The translations under genes were made by a program, and so were the position numbers. Of a stretch of 13,143 bases of DNA, positions 6,118 to 12,984 are shown piece after piece (position 1 is the stretch's first letter; each line of letters begins with the position of its first letter). This stretch comes from Fibrobacterota bacterium. GTDB taxonomy: Bacteria > Fibrobacterota > Fibrobacteria > UBA11236. The stretch spans positions 1-13,143 of the forward strand of contig JAYUVP010000223.1 of the NCBI GenBank assembly GCA_043753995.1, read 5' to 3'. Under the pieces are notes generated by a model. It had not been told where the DNA came from. It made no database searches and was given only the letters and a program-made list of their open reading frames with translations.

Positions 6118-8241
6118 ATGCTAGGCATTGGGATGAAATGTGTTTCGTTGAAATCGCGTACTGGGCTGCTAGGCCTCATTTCCGGGCTGTGGATTGGCTT
6201 TTGCTTTCCGGTTTCCGCTCAGGAACAAATCTCCTTAACCGGCGTTTTACGAGATTTCGCGGAATTGCAGCCCAAGGGCGTCGAAGGCCATCCCGACTTT
6301 AACCCCAATTGGGATGAGCTGAATAACCATGAAAACTGGGGCTGCTTCGACCTACCCCAGGCTGCAAAAGGTGCTATTCAGGATTTGATTGCCTTGGCTC
6401 CGGCGAATCCCGACTTGGTCGCGAATCTCTTGCCTTATGATAGGGACGAAGCCACCCCATTATTAAAACCAGGTTTCGAAACCACACCCAATTGTTTTCG
6501 CAGTCGCTTCAGCGATTGGTATACGACGCGGTCGCCCGAAATCAATCGTGCTTTTTTCGTCGACTTGCCCTTCACCAAATCCGGCAATGTTTACACCTAT
6601 GACAATACTGAATTTTTTCCGCTTGACGACGACAAACTGCCTGGCTTAAAGCCTCAAGTTCCCACGGTCACCACCACCTTTGGCCATCGACAAAGCGGTC
6701 TGAAGGATGGCATCGATCTTGGTACGCACAACTATGGCTTCACTTTCGAGTTTCATGCCCATTTCACCTATAAGAAAAACACAGGACAGCAATTCGCCTT
6801 TCGTGGTGATGACGATGTCTGGGTATTCATCAATGGCAAATTGGTTATCGATTTAGGTGGCATCCATTCCGCTGAATATGCGGACGTCAATATCGACAAT
6901 CTAGGGTTGACCGATGGTGCTGGCTACAATCTCGACTTTTATTTTGCTGAGCGTCGAATTGTCAGCTCCAGATTGACCATAACCACTTCCCTGCAATTGA
7001 AAAATTCCGATGTCCCCCTAGATCCCATCCCCATTAAGGCGGTGGAAGGTTGGCTCTTTGACCGCAATGGCGACGGCATTGCCGATAAGGCGGATATTGC
7101 TTTCGACAAAAATCCATCCAAGGTTCCCACCCAATTCGAACTGAATTTGGCGGGTGAAATTGAACGTGGCAATTGGCAAATCGCACCGCTAGCCGAAGCC
7201 AAATACACCTTGCTTTCGAATGGGCAATTCTTCACCAAGGCCGTGACAGGTTGGGATGAAAATGCCGTCGAAAATCAAGGCCGCGCATTAGCTGAAGTAT
7301 CCACCGGACTCCTGCCGGGAACTTTCCTTTTGCACGATCGCATAGGCCCCATTATTACCACGGCCACGAAAACCATAGTTGACACCTCACTCAATGAATT
7401 ACCGACGTCCTTGTTGGTGATTCGCTTTTCCGAGCCAGTCAAGGTCGATGCCGCCACGGTATTCAAATTCCTCGACCCGAAGGGAATTCCCGTGGCTGTC
7501 GATTTGACTTCCTTGCGCCCCGATTCTCTTGTGAATGGCCAGTCCATTGCCTGGAGTTTTATTCTGTCACCGAATTCGACGGCCTTTCTCGCTCCTGGTT
7601 ACAAGGTGGCGATAGCCAGTGTATTGCAAGTGAAAGATGCCCTTGGAAATGTGGCCCATGTCGACAATCCCTTTAAAGTCATCGAAACCAAATTGCCTAC
7701 CATCACCCTCGGGGACTTGCATGCCGAAAAAGGCGTGACCTTGACTGGCCTTAAGCCCGATCCCTTACTTGTGAAAAATCCCTTTGTCTTGCTCACCAGC
7801 AAAGAAGCCATTCCCGGCATAAAAACCTATGTCCCGCTGCACCCCGAAAATGCCGAAGACTGGATACGTCGCAGTACGGTGGAACAAGGTGTGGATGGGC
7901 TCGTGGTTTTCGGTTTCAAACTTTCTCATCCGGCCGTACTTACCCTAACCATTTTCGACAACCTCGGACATTTCGTACACAAAACCGAAATCGTCATCAC
8001 CAAGGCAGACTTGCACTCGGGCAAATTGGCCCGCGATCCAGTGACGCGCGCCTTTCTCATGCGATTCGCTTGGTATCCCATTGCCCACAATGGTCGTTTT
8101 ATTGGGACGGGAGCCTATATCTTGCGCTCCAAATTCCACTATGGACTCGACCCCGCCGATAATGTGACTGCTGGCACCGAATCCAAGGTGACGCGATTCG
8201 GCTTTGTGCGCGACGACCGTATTTACGGCTTGGGGAATTGA
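6118..8241 (+). CDS. Secreted fibro-slime domain (PA14-like) protein
   Basis: Signal-peptide-like N-terminus (MKCVSLKSRTGLLGLISGLWIGFCFPVSA|QEQ; the real start may be ATG 6133). Fibro-slime motifs: GVLRDF..HPDF, FSDWY, FFPLDD, HNYGFTFEFHAHFTY, FAFRGDDDVWVFINGKLVIDLGGIH, FYFAERR. Also a DRNGDGIAD Ca-binding-like motif and an Ig-like C-terminal domain. Confidence 0.92.
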   Translation: MLGIGMKCVSLKSRTGLLGLISGLWIGFCFPVSAQEQISLTGVLRDFAELQPKGVEGHPDFNPNWDELNNHENWGCFDLPQAAKGAIQDLIALAPANPDLVANLLPYDRDEATPLLKPGFETTPNCFRSRFSDWYTTRSPEINRAFFVDLPFTKSGNVYTYDNTEFFPLDDDKLPGLKPQVPTVTTTFGHRQSGLKDGIDLGTHNYGFTFEFHAHFTYKKNTGQQFAFRGDDDVWVFINGKLVIDLGGIHSAEYADVNIDNLGLTDGAGYNLDFYFAERRIVSSRLTITTSLQLKNSDVPLDPIPIKAVEGWLFDRNGDGIADKADIAFDKNPSKVPTQFELNLAGEIERGNWQIAPLAEAKYTLLSNGQFFTKAVTGWDENAVENQGRALAEVSTGLLPGTFLLHDRIGPIITTATKTIVDTSLNELPTSLLVIRFSEPVKVDAATVFKFLDPKGIPVAVDLTSLRPDSLVNGQSIAWSFILSPNSTAFLAPGYKVAIASVLQVKDALGNVAHVDNPFKVIETKLPTITLGDLHAEKGVTLTGLKPDPLLVKNPFVLLTSKEAIPGIKTYVPLHPENAEDWIRRSTVEQGVDGLVVFGFKLSHPAVLTLTIFDNLGHFVHKTEIVITKADLHSGKLARDPVTRAFLMRFAWYPIAHNGRFIGTGAYILRSKFHYGLDPADNVTAGTESKVTRFGFVRDDRIYGLGN

Positions 8242-8276
8242 GATTCGTCCTTCCCCTGGTTAAAGCGGGCAATACA

Positions 8277-8292
8277 AAATCCTTCGGGATTT
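8277..8292 (+). other. Short intergenic hairpin with a C(UUCG)G tetraloop
   Basis: AAATCC-TTCG-GGATTT between the fibro-slime stop (8241) and the channel start (8311). The stem is only 6 bp and there is no long U tract, so a terminator role is uncertain. Confidence 0.3.
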
Positions 8293-8310
8293 ACCTAAGC
8301 TCTGCTTCCC

Positions 8311-9177
8311 ATGATTCCCGTGCCTACTTCCGATCCCTTGTCGCCCGAGCATGCCGTCGAAGGGCAAGGGAAGCTTGCCCAATTTCGCCGTAAAATTCAT
8401 CGAATCATTTTTGAAACCGACACGCGGACGGGCCGGGCTTTCGACATCGTTCTGATTTGGGCCATTCTCTTTAGCGTCGCTTCGGTAATTCTGGAAAGCG
8501 TGGCTGGCATACGCGAAAAGGTCGGCCTCGGGCTCACGGTTTTGGAATGGGTTTGCACCGTGCTCTTCACCTTGGAATACGGGCTCAGGCTTTGGAGTCT
8601 TAGAAATCCCCTGAGCTATGCTTTCAGCTTTTTCGGACTGATCGATATCTTGGCCATATTACCCACGTATTTGGCTTTGTTTTTTCCAGGCACCCAAGTC
8701 TTTGCCTTACTGAGAATTTTCCGGTTCCTGCGATTGTTTCGCATTTTTAAGCTCATTCGCTATATGCGCGAAGCGCGCGTGCTCGTTAGCGCCTTGCGCA
8801 GCAGCTTACCGAAAATCACGGTTTTTCTAGTAGCTCTCATTGGCATCGTCGTTTGCATGGGAGCCTTCATGTATACCCTAGAAGGCGAGGCCAATGGATT
8901 CACCAGCATGCCTAAAGGCATATACTGGGCCATTAGCACTTTATCGACCGTAGGCTATGGCGATATGGTGCCGAAAACCGTTCTGGGTCAAACCTTGGCT
9001 TCCATTGTCATGATGATGGGTTATGCCATCCTTGCGGTTCCCACCGGCATTGTATCGGTGGAAATTGCTCAGGCCGCGAAAAAATTATCGGATGAAAAGG
9101 CTTGTCCTAGCTGTGGGTTGGACATGCATGAACCGGATGCCGCCTTCTGTAAGCGCTGCGGCGCATCCCTGGGTTAA
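8311..9177 (+). CDS. Voltage-gated potassium channel family ion transporter with a C-terminal zinc ribbon
   Basis: Multiple hydrophobic helices, S4 pattern LRIFRFLRLFRIFKLIR, pore helix and filter YWAISTLSTVGYGD, S6 AVPTGI, C-terminal CPSC...CKRC. Confidence 0.95.
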   Translation: MIPVPTSDPLSPEHAVEGQGKLAQFRRKIHRIIFETDTRTGRAFDIVLIWAILFSVASVILESVAGIREKVGLGLTVLEWVCTVLFTLEYGLRLWSLRNPLSYAFSFFGLIDILAILPTYLALFFPGTQVFALLRIFRFLRLFRIFKLIRYMREARVLVSALRSSLPKITVFLVALIGIVVCMGAFMYTLEGEANGFTSMPKGIYWAISTLSTVGYGDMVPKTVLGQTLASIVMMMGYAILAVPTGIVSVEIAQAAKKLSDEKACPSCGLDMHEPDAAFCKRCGASLG

Positions 9178-9183
9178 ACTCTC

Positions 9184-9202
9184 CGAGCCAGCTGCGGGCT
9201 CG
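9184..9202. terminator. Possible hairpin between the convergent K+ channel and lspA genes
   Basis: CGAGCC-AGCTGCG-GGCTCG, a 6-bp GC-rich stem in the 34-nt gap between two stop codons; no U tract. Confidence 0.25.
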
Positions 9203-9211
9203 CACATGCAA

Positions 9212-9727
9212 TTATAAAGGACTGGGTTCCAAAGGCGGTGTGGCCTTGCCCTTGCCGCCAAAACCTGGCAGTAGCCAAAAGGCCATACCCAATAGGATGG
9301 CGGCATCAGCAACATTGAAAATCCCGGTGCGCAAGCTGCCAATACCGAGATTCATGAAATCGACCACGCTACCGCGTAGAGCGCGGTCTATCCAATTGGA
9401 CGCGCCCCCAGCAATGAAAAGGGTGAGGCCGGCCATTTGCCACAAGGACCACTTGAAGCGCAGCATCAGGAACAGGAATAGAATGAGCACCGCCCCGGTG
9501 CCAATGGTGAATATTGCGGTTCGCATGGCCTCGGGCAATTGCGCGCCCAGGCTTAAAAAGCCACCGGTATTTTTGGCATAAAGCAGGCGAAACATATCGG
9601 CAAAAAAGGATTGCATGGGCTTTTCAGCCAAATGCATGGTGGCCATGAATTTGGTGCTTTGATCACAGCCGATGGTCATGACGGCCAGAAGCAATAAAGC
9701 CAGCCTTTGGAATCGTCTATTCATCAT
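9212..9727 (-). CDS. lspA: Lipoprotein signal peptidase II
   Basis: Conserved motifs DQSTK, NTGGFLSLG, GGASNWIDR, VVDF and IFNVAD (catalytic Asp residues), with four hydrophobic segments. Confidence 0.96.
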   Translation of the reverse strand: MMNRRFQRLALLLLAVMTIGCDQSTKFMATMHLAEKPMQSFFADMFRLLYAKNTGGFLSLGAQLPEAMRTAIFTIGTGAVLILFLFLMLRFKWSLWQMAGLTLFIAGGASNWIDRALRGSVVDFMNLGIGSLRTGIFNVADAAILLGMAFWLLPGFGGKGKATPPLEPSPL

Positions 9728-9733
9728 GTCACC

Positions 9734-9762
9734 AATATACAGGCCGGGTTCAAAGCAGGCAA
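9734..9762 (-). promoter_or_regulatory. Candidate sigma70 promoter for lspA (probably leaderless)
   Basis: Minus strand reads TTGCCT (9762-9757), 17 nt, TATATT (9739-9734), 6 nt, ATG (9727). No Shine-Dalgarno sequence is visible. Confidence 0.45.
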
Positions 9763-9792
9763 TTATAGGCGAGCTTGTATTTCAGGGTTGGT

Positions 9793-10194
9793 TTAAATGG
9801 CTTCTATGCCAAGTTGCTTGAGTTGTTCCAGGCGATCTTTCATGGCCTTGAGTACTTCGGGGGGATGCCCCTGCCAATCCAAAATTTCGCCTGTAACAAG
9901 TAAAGGCTCCAAGGACCGATAGGACTTGGTCGGATTCCCAGGGAATTTTTTGTCGGTCAAATTGGGATCGTCCACGATTGGGCCGGTGGGCTCCACGCTA
10001 TAGATTTTACCGACGCCATCCCCTTTCGCCAGCTCCGCACCCCAAATGGCCGCATCCAAAGTTGCGGTCAAGTAGACATAGCTGGCTTGCGCTCCCTTGC
10101 CATAATTGGAGTTAAATCCAGGCCTGATGAAGTCTCCAGGCTTAAGAACAGCTCGAGTGCCGTGATAGAATAGCTGGGATCCTGATGTATCCAT
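9793..10194 (-). CDS. arr: NAD(+)--rifampin ADP-ribosyltransferase
   Basis: FYHGT, GFNSNYG, VYLTATLDAAIWGAELA, IYSVEPTG and DDPNLTDKKFPGNPTKSYRS are hallmark Arr motifs. ATG 10194 is preferred over GTG 10224 because AGAGGA lies 7 nt upstream (133 aa). Confidence 0.95.
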   Translation of the reverse strand: MDTSGSQLFYHGTRAVLKPGDFIRPGFNSNYGKGAQASYVYLTATLDAAIWGAELAKGDGVGKIYSVEPTGPIVDDPNLTDKKFPGNPTKSYRSLEPLLVTGEILDWQGHPPEVLKAMKDRLEQLKQLGIEAI

Positions 10195-10262
10195 ACATGT
10201 TCCTCTCTTACCAAAAGTAGGCACATCGGGGCTGTATTCAATCTTATAATTGTACGTCGATT

Positions 10263-10979
10263 ATGTGCTATGGCTACCGACCCGTTTTAGGGCAAGATGG
10301 AAGTGTGTTTTGGGTAGATAATCGCGAATACCATGAGGGCATTCGTGAAGGCTATTACGAAGATGCGAAAAGGCCTTTTGTCTTTCCCTTTAAACCTTCC
10401 AACGTTCTTAATATGGGCGGTAACCCCGAGCAAATGCAATTCGATTTACTCCCCAGATTTTTTTACAAAGGAGAAGGGCTATCCCTGGCTGAAGTTCAAA
10501 AGCGAAAAAGGTCGCGAAAGAAAGACCCGGTGACCGGCAAATCGATGGGCTTCAGTTCATTCAATGCGCGTTTTGAATCCATTGATAAGCTTCCCTCCTT
10601 TCGCAATTCCTGGTTTGAGGCCAAGCGATGCGTCATCCCGGTTGATGCCTTTAAAGAAAGGCCGAATATGGATGAAGCGCCAAAGGAATTTCAAAATATT
10701 GAAATCACGGTGGGGCTTTCTGATGTCGCTTACTTGGGTGCCATTTGGGATGAGTGGAATGGAACCATGGGGGAGTCGCTCAAGTCTTTCGCCATTGTGA
10801 CCATTGATTCGAGGAGCAGTCCGTTTTTTCGATCGATATGGCATGAAAGAATGCCGGTGCTATTGACCGAAGAAGAAGCCCATCAATGGCTGACGGCGAC
10901 CACAAGCCTCGATGAAATCAAGAAGCTTTGTGATCCCTATCCCAATGAACGGTTTCAAAAACTGGTAAGTCCGGATTAG
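10263..10979 (+). CDS. SOS response-associated peptidase (SRAP, YedK/HMCES family; abasic-site protection)
   Basis: N-terminal Met-Cys, FNARFESIDKLPSFR, KRCVIPVDAFKE, GAIWDEW, FAIVT, HERMPVLL. TATAAT at 10245-10250 lies just upstream. Confidence 0.92.
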   Translation: MCYGYRPVLGQDGSVFWVDNREYHEGIREGYYEDAKRPFVFPFKPSNVLNMGGNPEQMQFDLLPRFFYKGEGLSLAEVQKRKRSRKKDPVTGKSMGFSSFNARFESIDKLPSFRNSWFEAKRCVIPVDAFKERPNMDEAPKEFQNIEITVGLSDVAYLGAIWDEWNGTMGESLKSFAIVTIDSRSSPFFRSIWHERMPVLLTEEEAHQWLTATTSLDEIKKLCDPYPNERFQKLVSPD

Positions 10980-11012
10980 GACGCCGAATGGGGAGTCTTC
11001 GGAGACCTAAGG

Positions 11013-11381
11013 TCACCCGCCGATTCGGTTCGGAAAGGAGACTTCCAGTACAATACACCCAGTTTCCGTTTTGAATGGGCCGTGAACCTCCCCTGGAGGT
11101 CGGCTCGCATACTCTCCTGGTTCAAGCCATTTGTCAAAAGCTTGATCGTAGAGTCGCCCGCTGACAATAAAAACTTCCTCAGGGTAGGCGTGACTTTTGC
11201 CACCAAAGGGTGTGGTATCGGCCCCGGGATGAAAGCGAGTTAAGCGGGTGTATTCACCTGTTTCATTGTCTATGCTCAGCGTGAGCTCCTCTGCCATAGA
11301 CTCAAGACCCTTGATCGGCTTCCATAAATTGCGATTCAAGGAACTTAATGGATTCCAATATAGGGCTGTTGATTTTGACAT
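11013..11381 (-). CDS. Cupin-domain protein (ChrR-like / Cupin_7 type)
   Basis: YTRLTRFHPG, SHAYPEEVFIVSGRL and GEYASRPPGEVHGPF match cupin motifs 1 and 2. Minus-strand TATAAT at 11415-11420 lies upstream. Confidence 0.88.
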   Translation of the reverse strand: MSKSTALYWNPLSSLNRNLWKPIKGLESMAEELTLSIDNETGEYTRLTRFHPGADTTPFGGKSHAYPEEVFIVSGRLYDQAFDKWLEPGEYASRPPGEVHGPFKTETGCIVLEVSFPNRIGG

Positions 11382-11453
11382 GGGATTTCTTTGTGTCGAA
11401 TGAGTTGGAGATCAATTATACTTTAATCGAGTATTAAGTGGACGATGGGAAGT

Positions 11454-11792
11454 ATGAAAAAACCAACAATATTAGTTGTCATTCTCCTTCTCGGATTGGA
11501 GTTGGCACAAGCGGACAGGTGGGTGTCTCCTAAGCCTTTCACAATATATTCTCCAGATAGTGGTTAGAAAGCGAATGTTTTTCCTCGGAAATCAGGAATC
11601 TTCAAAACAATGTCCAGCTACACCAAGCTTTATAAAAAGAGCGCTCGTTTTTATAAGAAGGTCAATACCTGCGGTAATGGATATGACATTAGCCCTGTAG
11701 GTGCTCCAGCGAGCCCAGGACGGGATAGGTGTTTACGATTTTTTATACAAATACGATTATATCTGTTGAATTGGATTCCGGGAATCTTGTGA
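11454..11792 (+). pseudogene. Secreted-protein gene interrupted by an in-frame TAG
   Basis: ATG 11454 gives MKKPTILVVILLLGLELAQA|DRWVSPKPFTIYSPDSG, then TAG (11565-11567). The same frame continues KANVFPRKSGIFKT directly into the ORF-track fragment 11610-11792. The N-terminus is a clear Sec signal peptide with an A-Q-A cleavage site. Confidence 0.55.
11630..11656. repeat. 27-bp near-perfect palindrome
   Basis: TTATAAAAAGAGC|GCTC-G-TTTTTATAA: 13 base pairs with one bulged G at 11647. Confidence 0.6.
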
Positions 11793-11814
11793 ATAAAATT
11801 CAAATGCGCTAATT

Positions 11815-12153
11815 TCAGTGACTTGTGCTGTCTAATTGTACACTGTTTTTGAAGGCTAAAAAGTATTCGGGGCATTCCCAATTTTTGGCACCCATATCAG
11901 TCATCAGCGATTTCATGGATTTCTCATTTGTTAAAATATTCCGTTCTATTATAGCTATAACATCTAGTTTTTCTTGAATAGATTTCGACGGGGAGGGGTT
12001 GATTTTGTTATAGTTCATTAGAAGTCGGTATACTTTGACGCTTATCGAATCTGACGGATCGATGCCATTCGCAGACTGGCAAATGTCGCGGCCAAAATTC
12101 GAACTTGAACAGTTTATAAAAATTATAGAAAATGCTGCGATTAAATACTTCAC
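11815..12153 (-). CDS. Small hypothetical (probable) lipoprotein
   Basis: GTG start with AAAGGA 7 nt upstream. MKYLIAAFSIIFINC-SSS has a basic residue, a hydrophobic core and a Cys followed by a Ser run (non-canonical lipobox). Codon usage is visibly AT-rich. Confidence 0.7.
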   Translation of the reverse strand: MKYLIAAFSIIFINCSSSNFGRDICQSANGIDPSDSISVKVYRLLMNYNKINPSPSKSIQEKLDVIAIIERNILTNEKSMKSLMTDMGAKNWECPEYFLAFKNSVQLDSTSH

Positions 12154-12348
12154 AAGTGTATCCTTTTTTTAAAGTGTGCTGTTTTATATGTAGCTCCAAC
12201 CCCCCCCTCCATCGCCAATCTATTTCATTTGCCAACAAGTAATTCGTTTATTCCTTGTCTGCATAACACGGCGATTCCCCTACTGGTGCGTATTGTGGGA
12301 ACGTGCTGGTTGTCACTTATTTGTGGGGTTGTGGCCGCTTCATTTTGC

Positions 12349-12984
12349 TCAGGGTTGTGGCGGGTTGATCCAGATTTCACCCAAATCCACCCTGTCAGAG
12401 GAGTCTTCCGATATCGTGAATTCACGGACCGTCTTGGTCGTCTTGCTTTTAGGTGTCGCTTGATCCACTACCGATGTCAGCTCAAGAGCATACCTACCGA
12501 GAGGCAGACCCATGAAGTCATCTTGTTGGCCGCTGAACAATCGCAGATCGGAGGCCGATGTATCGAATGCGCTCCGCTTCATCAGGCCTAAGGAGACATG
12601 GCGAAGGACCACCTTAACGGTGAATGCGCTATCGCCTTCCAACTTGGATCGAATCCGGTATTTCAGATCGCTGCCTTTGCGCATGGCGACGGAGTGGATT
12701 GAGTTACCCTTAACTTCAATTTTCCCGGACCGCCAGGTTTGCAAGCCTGAGATGTCCACGCCGAACTCGTAAAAACCATCCCCGAGCCGGCTAAAGATCA
12801 ACCGCTTTCGCAGACCGACTTTGAATGGGGAGTAGTAGGCATCGGCCTCTCTTTCCAGACGTTGGACCCTGACTCGGATTGGCTTTTCCTGCTCCATTTG
12901 AAAGCCCGGGGGAAATCCAAGCTCCAGTTCGATTTTTCGCAAGGGAATATCGACAGGTACGGGTCCTGCGGGAGTTTCACCCAA
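12349..12984 (-). CDS. Hypothetical beta-rich protein, probably the C-terminal remnant of a larger disrupted gene (carboxypeptidase-regulatory/CnaB-like repeats suspected)
   Basis: 211-codon ORF with a TTG start and no SD. Two similar segments: FSRLGDGFYEFGV and FMGLPLGRYALEL. The frame stays open upstream to a TAG at 13054-13056 and is open again from there to the window end. Confidence 0.55.
   Translation of the reverse strand: MGETPAGPVPVDIPLRKIELELGFPPGFQMEQEKPIRVRVQRLEREADAYYSPFKVGLRKRLIFSRLGDGFYEFGVDISGLQTWRSGKIEVKGNSIHSVAMRKGSDLKYRIRSKLEGDSAFTVKVVLRHVSLGLMKRSAFDTSASDLRLFSGQQDDFMGLPLGRYALELTSVVDQATPKSKTTKTVREFTISEDSSDRVDLGEIWINPPQP

Noticed and set aside
9728..9792. attC site downstream of arr (arr is often an integron cassette)
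   Set aside because: No RYYYAAC...GTTRRRY inverted structure on the arr strand; the gap looks like a promoter for lspA.
10220..10250. LexA box upstream of SRAP
   Set aside because: There is no CTGT-N8-ACAG. GGCACATCGGGGCT has three mismatches to the TGCNC-N4-GTGCA motif I recall for Fibrobacter, which is too weak to call.
10995..11006. GTCT-TCGG-AGAC hairpin between the convergent SRAP and cupin genes
   Set aside because: Only a 4-bp stem with no U tract; not supportable as a terminator.
12200..12207. C8/G8 homopolymer upstream of the lipoprotein gene as a phase-variation tract
   Set aside because: The run is short, and I could not place it convincingly between correctly spaced -35 and -10 elements.
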